From Heterodontus francisci (taxonomy: Eukaryota): 64,000 nt of DNA. How positions within the stretch are numbered: position 1 is the stretch's first letter; the number at the start of each line of letters is the position of its first letter. Shown here piece by piece: positions 14,691-25,627 of this stretch. The stretch lies in the NCBI RefSeq assembly GCF_036365525.1, contig NC_090418.1, positions 5,433,492-5,497,491 on the forward strand, read 5' to 3'. The position numbers and the translations under genes were made by a program. A model generated the notes under the pieces. The model saw nothing but the letters and a program-made list of their open reading frames with translations, ran no database searches and was not told the origin of the DNA.

Positions 14691-15682
14691 TGTTTTGAAG
14701 TTACATCTTTCAATCCGCCCTCAGTGCCCCCCTTCACGTGTAACGTGCCTATTCGGAGTTGCACGATGAATCATTGATTGTGTGGATGTTGTGCATGGAG
14801 CAAGTCTGCGTTGGCTGTGCTTTTGGGAAAGGAGAGATTGAGGGAAGTCAGTGGGTGGGCAGGGTTTGATATCTTTAATTCTGGAACATAGAATTTACAG
14901 CACAGAAACAGGCCATTTGGCCCAAAAGGTCCAGGTTTATGCTCCACCTAAGCCTCCTCCCGTCCCCCTCTATATCTCATTCTTTCAGCATTATAAGCAG
15001 AGGCCTGCCACTCTGCACCAACAGACTGACATTGCAAGAGTGACTACACTGCAAGAAGTGCTCTTGCAAAACACTTTGGGATGTCCTGAGGTTGTGAGAG
15101 GCGCTGGTCGTACATCTCATTTTGCCGGTGGTGGGATCTTTCTGTCTGCAAAGTGACTGCTCTGCCATGCCTGTATAAGTTGCTGCGCTTCAAACAGTGT
15201 ACGTTCAAAAGAACCAGCGCAGGCACAATGGGCCGAATGGTCGCCTTCTGTGCTCTATGGTTCTGTGAATCCAAACGGTACTGTGGAGGGAAGGTGTTGA
15301 ATGTTTAGAAAGATATTTCCTCCACAAAGTTAGTGGATCGATGTCTCTGGAGCGGCTCAGTGGGTAGCACTCTCTTACCTCTGAGTCAGAATGTTGTGGG
15401 TTCACATCCCATGCTTAAGAATGAAAATATAGACTGTCACTCCTAGCGTAGTACTGAGAGAGTACAGCACTGTTGGAGGGATTGGCTTTTGGATGGGATG
15501 TTAAATTTAGGCCCCATCTGCCCTCTCAGGTGGATGTAACAGAACCCTGGGTAAGAGATAGACCCAAGGAAACGTGGGGAAGGGTGAAGGACTAAGAAGG
15601 TCTCCTGTCTGAAACCTTTCTCTCTTCGTCTCCAGGTTCAACTGAAGAGAAGGCGTGAAGAAGTTCCCGAGCCTTTGGAATC

Positions 15683-16250
15683 ATGTCGCTCAACAATTTC
15701 CACTTCATTCATAGCATCAAAAACTCGCCTGCCGTCTTCCGCCGGAGGTTTAAGAAGGACAAGACCAAGAACCTGTCCCACGGTGACCCGCTGTTCAAGG
15801 TGCATTACATGGGGATGGAGAAAATCTACTCTCTGCAGGTTGAACAGACCAGGGATGTAGTCGACCGCCTGGTGGGCAAGGAGTCATGCAAGACCTGCAA
15901 GGACCATGCGTTGGTGGTGAGGCCGCGCTACCTAGAGGTGAAGGAGATCTCAAGCGGCCGGCAGATCACCAAGACCTATCTCCATGACATTGCCTACTGC
16001 ACCGCGGACAGAAGCCACACCAACGTGTTCCTCTACATCTGCAAGAGCAGAGGGCAGCTCCAGTGTCGTGTGTTCCTGTGCAACAAAGCAGAGAAGGCAA
16101 AGGCCATCACAGTCTGCTTGGCAAAGTCCTTTGAGACCGCGTTCAGTCAATGGCATGAGACATATCGTGGTCAAGCACTGCCGGTCCCCTCATCAGGTAC
16201 TGATTCTGGCTCTGAGAAACAGGACAATCCTTGTAGTCACACAGAAAAAG
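15683..16250 (+). CDS. PTB/PID-domain adaptor, LDLRAP1(ARH)-like paralogue, coding exon 1
   Basis: FKVHYMG...IAYCTADRSHTNVFLYICK..LQCRVFLCNKAEKAKAITVCLAKSFETAFSQW resembles the ARH PTB (ISYCTADKMHDKVFAYI..LECHAFLCTKRKMAQAVTLTVAQAFKVAFEFW). Acceptor ccag at 15635, in-frame stop at 15656, donor AAG|GTGAGC at 16250 (phase 1). Confidence 0.88.
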
Positions 16251-16475
16251 GTGAGCAAAGTCCTTGAGTAAAAAAGACCTATGTAGAATTCCTTAAAATT
16301 TAAGCATAGAGACAAGCCATTCGGTCCAACCAGTCCATGCTGGCATTTAAGCTCCACTCGAGCCTCCTCCCATTGTTCCTCATCTCACTCGATCAGTGAC
16401 CTCTATCAGCTGGAAGGACAAGGGCAGCAGGCGCGAGGGAACACCACCACTTGCAAGTTCCCCTCCAAGTCACAC

Positions 16476-17501
16476 GCCATCATTGTCAGGTTGGCAGGAT
16501 GTGACCAGTAGGGTACCACAAGGATCAGTGCCTGGACCCCAGCTGTTCACAATCTACATCAATGATCTGGATGTGGGGACCAATTATAATATTTCCAAGT
16601 TTGCGGATGACACAAAACTTGGTGGGAATGTGAGTTATTGGAAGGATGCAAAGAGGCTTCAAAGGGATTTGGAAAGGCTGAGTGAGTGGGCAAGAACATG
16701 GCAGATGGAATATCATGTGGATAAGTGTGAGGTTATCCATTTTGGTAGGAGGAATGGAGGTGCAGAGTATTTCTTAAATGGTAAGAGATTAGAAAGTGTA
16801 GATGTACAAAGGGACCTGGGTGTTCTTTTCAATAAGTCACGGAAAGCTAGCATGCAGGTGCAGCAAGCAATTAGGAAGGCAAACGGTATGTTAGCCTTTA
16901 TCGCAAGAGGACTTGAGTACAGGAGCAAAGAAGTCTTGCTTCAATTGTATACAGCACTGGTAGGGCTGCACCTGGAATATTGTGTGCAGTCTGGTTCCCT
17001 TGCCTGAGGAAGGATATACTTGTCATAGAGGAAGTGCAGCAGAGGTTCACCAGACTGATTCCTCGGATGGTCCTATGAGGACAGATTGAGAAGACTGGGC
17101 CTATATTCTCTGGAGTTTAGAAGAATGAGAGGCGATCTCATAGAAACGTACAATATTTTTAAAGGGATAGACAGGGTAGATGCAGAAAGGAAGTTTCTCC
17201 GGCTGTGGGGCCTAGAACCAGGGGACACAATCTCAGAATTAAGGGCAAGACATTTATGTCTGAGATGAGGGGGAACTTCTTCACTCAGAGGGTGGTGAAT
17301 CTTTGGAATTCTCTACCCCAGAGGGTGGTAGAAGCTCAGTCACTGAGTAAGTCCAAGATGCAGATTGATAGATTTATAGTTGCTAATGACATCAAGGGAT
17401 ATGGGGATAGTGTGGGAGTATGGCGTTGAGGTAGATCAGCCATGATCTAGAATGGCGGAGCTGCCTTGAAAGGCTGAATGGCCTACTCCTGCTCCTATGT
17501 T
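16476..17501 (+). mobile_element. 5'-truncated CR1 LINE (RT C-terminus and 3' tail), inserted into a 3' fragment of another LINE
   Basis: VPQGSVPGPQLFTIYINDLD..SKFADDTKLGG; typical CR1 tail gctgaatggcctactcctgctcctatgtt. The host sequence aagtcacacgccatc / ccatcctgacttggaac is contiguous in the copy at ~55270. Confidence 0.9.
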
Positions 17502-20500
17502 CCATCCTGACTTGGAACTATATCGCCATTCCTTCACTGTTGCTTCCTGACAGAAATGTGGGTGTACCTACAACATACAGACTGCAATGATTCAAGAAGG
17601 CAACTCACCACCACCTTCCCAAGGGCAATGAGGGATGAGCAATAAATGTCGGCCCAGCCAGCGACACCCAAATCCCATGAATGAATAAAAAAGCATAATC
17701 TTCTATTCCTTTCTCCCTCCTGTACCTATCTAGCTTCCCCTTAAATGTATCTATACCTTTTACAACCTTAGGATATCTGCAAGCACTTTACAACCAATGA
17801 AGTACTTTTCCTTGAAGTGTCGTCACTGTTGTAATGTAGGAAACACGGCAGACAATCTGTGCACAGCAAGCTCCCACAAACAGCAACAGCAGGGAGAACG
17901 CCCCCTGCTCTTTTCCAAAATAGCGCCATGGGATCTTTTACTGAGAGGAGCATCCATTTAACATCTCATCACAAAGTTGGCGCCTCCGCCAGTGTGACAG
18001 TCCCTCAGTATTGGCATTGGGAGTGTCGGCCTGGATTATGTGCTCAAGTCTCTAGAGTGGGACACAAACCCAGTAAAGTGACACTGAATACCATCCATGT
18101 CTTAATTGTTTCATTGTTCATTGTTTAGAAGCACCAGTGAGGTGCTAAGACTCTCACTTGTGGCGTGAATTGTAAAGGCCACATTTGAATGTTTCTGTAA
18201 CTAGTTTGCACTTAGAAACGAGAGGAGGCCATTCAGCCCCTCAAGCCTGTTCTGCCATTCATTCAGGTCATGGCCAAGCTGTACCTCAACTCCATTTACC
18301 TATTGGTCTAATTTTAATGTTATGCCCCCTTGTTCTGGATTTCCCCAGCACAGGAAATAGTTTCGCAGTATCTACTCTATGGAATCTTGTTATACTTTTA
18401 AATAACTCAGTTAGATTACCCCTCAACCTTCTAACCGCAAGGGAATACAAGTGAAGTTTATGCAAACTGTCCTCATAATCTAACCCTTGAAGCCCTGGCC
18501 GGGCCAATATTTATCCCGTCACCAACATCACTAAAACAGATTACCTGGACATTTTCATATTGCTGTTTGTGGGATCTTGCTGTGCACAAATTAGCTGCTG
18601 GGTTCCCAACATTACAACAGTGACCACACTTCGCGGGCTGTAAAGCGCGTTGGGACATCTTGAGGTCATAAAAGGTGCTATAAAAATGCAAGTTCTCTCC
18701 ATTAATCTACACTGCTCCCTCTCCAAGGGCAATATGTCCTTCCTGGGATGTGGTGCTCGGAATTGAATGCAATGCTCAAGATAGGGTCTGACCATCAATC
18801 ACAAGACCATTTCAAGAATGACGCCCAGTACGAGCATTTATGGGCGTTCCCTTACTGTACCCAGTGCGTTACAGTTGAGTTTTCAGTTGCAATTTAGAGG
18901 CGCTCCCTTAGCTATATCTACCAATATATTAATTTGGGCAAATAGTTAGAACTAGGCTGATAAGGATCTTTATGTCATTATAGTGAACCTTAAAAAAAAA
19001 TCAAAAATAACGATTTCGCAGGGAAAGAAATGCATTACAGAAATAAATCCCTCCACACCACTGAAAGGGTAGAGATTAAATGTGTAGACAACTTATTCAT
19101 CATAACTCTCTCCCACTCTCTGCCTCAAGTAATAATTTCAAATCTGAGATTGATAAGATTTTTGCCAGCCAAGGATGATAAGGGATATGGATCCAAGGCG
19201 GGTAAATGCAGTTAAGCTACAAATCAGCCATGATCTCATTGAATGGCGGAACAGACTCGAGGGGCTGAGCAGCCTCCTCCTGTTCCGACGTTCCTATAAG
19301 CCTTAGCAAAGATGTTGTGGAATGGTACCCACTAGAAGCTGAGGATGAGAAGATATTCAGCCAATTGGAGACATCTGATGAGCCCATGACAGCATCCCAT
19401 GGTTGAGTGGCTCCTAATGTGCTTCCCTTTTAATATCCATGCTGCAAATTGCTCCAAAAAAATACTATTTTTTGAGTATAAGGTTCCTTCTGAAAGCCAT
19501 CTGCTTTTACTGCACTCCCAGTGCCAGTACTGAGGGAGTGCTGCACCGTCAGAGGCGCCATCTTTTAGATATAAGACTGAGGCCTCATCTATCCTCTCAG
19601 GTGGATGTAAATATCCCATGGTTCTATTTTGAAGAGGAGCAGGGGAGTGCTCCCTGGTGTCCCGACCAATATTTATCACTCAACTAACATCACTAAAACA
19701 GATGATCTGGTCATTTCACATTGCTGATTGTGGGATCTTGCTGTGCACAGAGTGGCTGCCATGTTTCCTATATTTCAACAGTGACTGCACTTCAAAAAGT
19801 ACTTCTCATTGGCTGTAAAGTGCTTTGGATGTCCTGTGGTTGTGCAAGGCACAACGTAAATGCAATGCTTTCTTTTTCTGCTCAGTTGTCTGTGGTGTTA
19901 CTTTACCTGACTGTTTTACTCTGTCTTAATCATCTCCACATTCTCGCTGCGTTGAGAGAGACCCATTGCATCTTTGCCTACTCTAACAACTTTGTCCAGA
20001 ACCTCTCAACTCTAGAGCAGCCTTGCTACAACCATCAGGCTCTTTGAATCGCAAGCTTGGCAGCCCCTGATCGCTACTTCCTGACTTTCGCTCCTCACCT
20101 CTCCTAATCTCTTCTGCCTCGCCCCTGCCTCAGGCCATCTGCTGCTGAAACCCTCAATGACTCTCTTGATACTTGCCCAGACTTGACTATTCCTACAACC
20201 TCCTGTCCGGCCTCCCAACCTGCAGCCTCCATAAACTTCAGTTCACCCAAAACATTTCAGCCTGTATCCTAACTCGCACTAAATCCCATTCACACATCAT
20301 CCTCCCCTGTGCTCGCTGGCCTACACTAGCTCCTGGCAACACCTCAATTTTCAAGTTTTTATCCTCGCATTCAAATCGCTCCGTGGCCTTTCCCTTCCCT
20401 ATCTCTGTAACCTCCTCCAGCCCTACAACCCTTTGAGATCTCTGTGCTCCAGTTCTGGCCTTTTTCACATCCTCAATTTCCTTCCACCAACCATTGGTGG

Positions 20501-20893
20501 CTATTCCTTCAGCTGCCTGGGCCCTAAGCTATGGAGTTCCCTCCCTAAATCTTTCCGCCTCTCCCTTCTCCTTTAAGACATTCCTGCAGACTTCCCCTGC
20601 TCTTCTACTAAATAGTGGCCATGGGCTCTTTCTCTTCCATCTGAGAGGGCAGATGGGGCCTTGGTTTTAACGCTTTATCCGAAAGACGGCACCTCCCACA
20701 GTGCAGTTATGTGTTAGCCGTAGATGTGCTCGCTGATCTACACTGACTCCAGGTCAGGCAACACCTCGAGTTTTACTAAGTTAAAAGACACTGTGCAATT
20801 GCAAGTTGTTGTGTTGGATTCTGGGCCTTGGTGGGGTTTCACCTGGGCTTCCCGATGACAAGACGTCGATCTTAAATTGTCTTGTTTCCACAG

Positions 20894-21099
20894 GGAGCGC
20901 ATTAGACGAGGAGTCGGAGCTCAGCCGCCAGTGTGAAAGCGACGAAGAGGCGGAAGTCAGAATGCACCGGGAGTTCTTGCAGCGGGCAACATCATTCCGA
21001 GCACCTCACCGCCTTGACACGGGCTATCACAACGTGGAGGACCTGACGAGAGATTCCTCAGTACAGGAGCTGGTTGGGGGAGAGCAGGAAGGAGACTGA
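20894..21099 (+). CDS. PTB/PID-domain adaptor (LDLRAP1-like), terminal coding exon; spliced product 257 aa
   Basis: Acceptor tttccacag at 20893, phase 1 matches. EFLQRATSFRAPHRLDTG aligns with ARH EAFSRLAQSRTNPQVLDTG. TGA at 21097-21099; AATAAA at ~21158. Confidence 0.8.
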
Positions 21100-22454
21100 C
21101 CACCAGCTTGCCTTCTGCCTGCTTTGCTTCATCAGTTAATTTTTAATTGAGGGAGAAAATAAATTAAATGGCAGCACAAACCCGTAAGGACGGAGGTCGA
21201 AATCTTCAATGTGACGTATGAGGCTTTTAATCGATCGTTTTTAAAACGGCTTTTAAATGCACCCCCACCTCTCGCAAGAAGATTTTAATCTATGGATGTC
21301 AAGATAACAAAAAAACTCACACATGTGACATAAACACATTCAACACTCCAGCAGCAATGAAGCACATTACGGGAACATGGGTCCTCCTCCTCAAGAACTC
21401 CTGCTCCATGCCATTTAGGCTTTATGTTAAAGATAATGTTCACTGACTAAATTGTGCCTCATCTGAATGTAGAGTATATTCTGTGGAATTTATAAGAGGT
21501 GATCTAATTGAAATGTAGACAATTCTTGGAGGGCTTGACAAGGTAGAGGCTGAGTTTATTGTGCCCTGGCTGGAGAGTTTAGAACTAAGGGTCACAGTCT
21601 CAGCATAAGGGGTCGGCCATTAGGGACTGAAATGGAGAGAAATTTCTTCAAGGAGAGGATTGTGTATCTTTGGAATTCCCTACTCCAGAGGGATGTGGAT
21701 GCTCAGTTACTGAGTTGATTCAATATCTGATAGATTTTTGGACACTAAGGGATAAGGGGGATAGGGTGGGAAAGTGGAGTTGAGTTGGACGATCAGCCTT
21801 GATCTTATTGACTGGCACAGCAGGCACAGGGGGCTAAATGGCCTCATCCTGCTCTTATTTCTGATGCTGTCGACAGCATTCCCTGATGCCACAACTGTGC
21901 ATTTCGCTGTTTATCCATGATGAGCTTCAATTAGCTCCGGAGGGAGATGCGGCTCCGTTTGACAAACAGCCCCCTCCCTAGTAGCCTCCGGCTGCCCATG
22001 CATTACTCTATGCTGATTCTGGAACCTTGCTCGAGGCTTCGCCTGTCTATAAGGTAAAAGAGTACAGTGTCACTTGCTTCTATCAGAGTGTGATACCCTG
22101 TTGAAAATGGATTTACAAAATAACTGAAGGAGTGCGATGTATTTATGTTAACCTGCAGCAGAGTTCTGTCTGTTTTAGATGACTCACCCATCTCTCAGGG
22201 AGTGGGGTGTTGGTCATTGAACTGATGTTTTATCTTTCAAGATGTCTGTTGGAAGGGATGTCCCAGATAGGCTCCCTAACCACAAACTCCCCGTTAATCC
22301 ATTTGTGAGCGACTGCAGACGACACACTAAATGCAGGACAAATTAGAGTGTGTGTATTTTTGAGCAGGACTGTTTTAGAAAGTTAAAATATTTCCAATAA
22401 AAATTGAAATGGAGTTATTTGTCTCGGGTAAAATTGTACAGAGTGCGTCTGATC

Positions 22455-22610
22455 CCCAATCCTCTCGCATCAACAAGACCGCCGACTTCCACCTCAATAA
22501 CATTGCCTGTCTTCACCCCTGCCTCAGCTCATCTGTTGCTGAAACTCTCATTCAAGCTCTTGGTATCTCTAAACTTGACTATTCTAATGCACTCCTGGCT
22601 AACTTCCCAC
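22455..22610 (+). mobile_element. L2-type LINE fragment (continues at ~25726-25980 after the nested insertions); similar fragments at ~13490-13870, 20110-20590, 26750-26960, 38215-38560, 62770-63030
   Basis: Translates as FHLNNIACLHPCLSSSVAETLIQALGISKLDYSNALLAN, then IQNLASRIL..SHSPIT..VLADRHWLP..LKILILVFKSLHGLAPPYL, typical of the L2 ORF2 C-terminus. Confidence 0.8.
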
Positions 22611-23927
22611 AGTCATGCCTGTCTTTTTGTGGGATATGTCGAGCATTCTTTGTTCCAGTCCTACTCAGGCCCCCTCCCCCAACTCTTTTTCCGGTACATT
22701 GATGACTGTATCGGTGCCGTTTCCTGCTCCCGCCCCGAACTGGAAAACTTTAGCAACTTTGCTTCCAATTTCCACTCTTCTCTCACCTTTACATGGTCTA
22801 TCTCTGACACTTCCCTTCCCTTCCTCGACTTCTCTGTCTCCATCTCTGGGGATAGGTTGTCTACTAATATCCATTATAAGCCCACTGACTCCCACAGCTA
22901 CCTCGACTACACTTCTTCACACCCTACCTCCTGTAAGGACTCCATTCCATTCTCCCAGTTTCTCCGTCTCCGATGCATCTGCTCTGATGATGCTACCTTC
23001 CGTGACGGTGCTTCTGATATGACCTTTTTCCTCAACCGAGGATTTCCCCCCACTGTGGTTGACAGGGCCCTCAACCGTGTCCGACCCATTCCCCGCACCT
23101 CTACCCTCACCCCTTCCCCTCCCTCCCAGAACCGTGACAGGGTTCCCCTTGTCCTCACTTTTCACCCCACCAGCCTCCATATCCAAAGGATCATCCTCCG
23201 CCATTTCCGCCACCTCCAGCATGATGCCACTACCAGTCGCATCTTCCCCTCCCTTCCCCAGTCAGCATTCCGAAGGGATCGTTCCCTCCGCGACGCCCTG
23301 GTCCACTCCTCCATTACCCCCACCACCTCGTCCCCTTCCCATGGCACCTTCCCCTGCAATCGCAGGAGGTGTAATACCTGCCCATTTACCTCCTCTCTCC
23401 TCACTATCCCAGGCCCCAAACACTCCTTTCAGGTGAAGCAGCGATTTACTTGTACTTCTTTCAATGTAGTATACTGTATTCACTGCTCACAGTGTGGTCT
23501 CCTCTACATTGGGGAGACCAAGCGCAGACTGGGTGACCGCTTTGCGGAACATCTCCGCTCAGTTCGCAAGCAGGACCCTGAGCTTCCGGTTGCTTGCCAT
23601 TTCAACACTCCCCCATGCTCTCATGCTCACATCTCTGTCCTGGGATTGCTGCAGTGTTCCAGTGAACATCAACGCAAGCTCGAGGAACAGCATCTCATTT
23701 ACTGATTAGGCACACTACAGCCTGCCGGACTGAACATTGAGTTCAATAATTTCCGAGCATGACAGCCCCCCATTTTACTTTCATTTTTAGTTTTTTTTTT
23801 CTTTCTTTTTACAATCTTTTTTACAATCTTTTTTTTTTGCATTTATTTAATTTCATCTTAGTTTGTTCCGTTTGCTTACTCACTGTTTTTTTCAGGTTTG
23901 CACTTGCTGCTGTTCAATATTCAGTGT

Positions 23928-25134
23928 TCTTCTTTTGGGCCTCCTTATCTCGAGAGACAATGGATACGCGCCTGGAGGTGGTCAGTGGTTTGTGAAGCAG
24001 CGCCTGGAGTGGCTATAAAGGCCAATTCTGGAGTGACAGGCTCTTCCACAGGTGCTGCAGAGAAATTTGTTTGTTGGGGCTGTTGCACAGTTGGCTCTCC
24101 CCTTGCGCCTCTGTCTTTTTTCCTGCCAACTACTAAGTCTCTTCGACTCGCCACAATTTAGCCCTGTCTTTATGGCTGCCCGCCAGCTCTGGCGAATGCT
24201 GGCAACTGACTCCCACGACTTGTGATCAATGTCACACGATTTCATGTCGCGTTTGCAGACGTCTTTATAACGGAGACATGGACGGCCGGTGGGTCTGATA
24301 CCAGTGGCGAGCTCGCTGTACAATGTGTCTTTGGGGATCCTGCCATCTTCCATGCGGCTCACATGGCCAAGCCATCTCAAGCGCCGCTGACTCAGTAGTG
24401 TGTATAAGCTGGGGATGTTGGCCGCTTCAAGGACTTCTGTGTTGGAGATATAGTCCTGCCACCTGATGCCAAGTATTCTCCGAAGGCAGCGAAGATGGAA
24501 TGAATTGAGACGTCGCTCTTGGCTGGCATACGTTGTCCAGGCCTCGCTGCCGTAGAGCAAGGTACTGAGGACACAGGCCTGATACACTCGGACTTTTGTG
24601 TTCCGTGTCAGTGCGCCATTTTCCCACACTCTCTTGGCCAGTCTGAACATAGCAGTGGAAGCCTTACCCATGCGCTTGTTGATTTCTGCATCTAGAGACA
24701 GGTTACTGGTGATAGTTGAGCCTAGGTAGGTGAACGCTTGAACCACTTCCAGAGCGTGGTCGCCAATATTGATGGATGGAGCATTTCTGACATCCTGCCC
24801 CATGATGTTCGTTTTCTTGAGGCTGATGGTTAGGCCAAATTCATTGCAGGCAGACGCAAACCTGTCGATGAGACTCTGCAGGCATTCTTCAGTGTGAGAT
24901 GTTAAAGCAGCATCGTCAGCAAAGAGGAGTTCTCTGATGAGGACTTTCCGTACTTTGGACTTCGCTCTTAGACGGGCAAGGTTGAACAACCTGCCCCCTG
25001 ATCTTGTGTGGAGGAAAATTCCTTCTTCAGAGGATTTGAACGCATGTGAAAGCAGCAGGGAGAAGAAAATCCCAAAAAGTGTGGGTGCGAGAACACAGCC
25101 CTGTTTCACACCACTCAGGATAGGAAAGGGCTAT
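23928..25134 (-). mobile_element. 5'-truncated RTE-clade LINE (RT C-terminus plus terminal C2H2-like finger)
   Basis: Uninterrupted 375-aa frame: KQGCVLAPTLF, ELLFADDAAL, FTYLGS, LLYGSEAW, RLRWLGHV.RM, CSTCGRACHSRIGLYSH. Short aagaaga tail. Confidence 0.93.
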
Positions 25135-25590
25135 CAGTGTTCCAGTGAACATCAACGCAAGCTCGAGGAACAGCATCTCATTTACTGATTAGGCACACTA
25201 CAGCCTGCCGGACTGAACATTGAGTTCAATAATTTCCGAGCATGACAGCCCCCCATTTTACTTTCATTTTTAGTTATTTTTTTTTCTTTCTTTTTACATT
25301 CTTTTTTACAATCTTTTTTTTTTGCATTTATTTCATTTCATCTTAGTTTGTTCCGTTTGCTTACTCACTGTTTTTTTCAGGTTTGCACTTGCTGCTGTTC
25401 AATATTCAGTGTATTAACACCTATTTGAACTAATGCTTTGTCTTTCAACACACCATTAACATATTGTTTGCCTTTGCTCCATGACCTTTTGGTCAGCTAT
25501 GCGGCCTGGTCCAATCTAGACTTCCTTTGTTACCTCTTGCCCCACCCCCACCTCACTTGCTTATAACCTGTGACTTTTCCAATATTTGTC

Positions 25591-25627
25591 AGTTCCGATG
25601 AAGGGTCACTGACCCGAAACGTTAACT
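25591..25627 (+). ncRNA. Minimal type-I hammerhead ribozyme motif in the Penelope 3' end
   Basis: AGUU-CCGAUGA-A-GGGUC-ACU-GACCC-GAAA-CG-UU-AACU: core boxes (U4C variant), stem II, palindromic ACGU stem III, and AGUU/AACU stem I. Confidence 0.6.

Noticed and set aside
15345-15420. tRNA-like sequence (gctcagtgggtagcac..gggttcacatccc)
   Set aside because: It is the tRNA-derived head of a SINE continuing into SINE body; no intact cloverleaf. The same applies to other SINE heads.
15683-21099. Assigning the symbol LDLRAP1 or FAM43A/B
   Set aside because: The exon structure and missing clathrin box argue against LDLRAP1 orthology, and the N-terminus lacks the FAM43 MLPW motif. Left unnamed.
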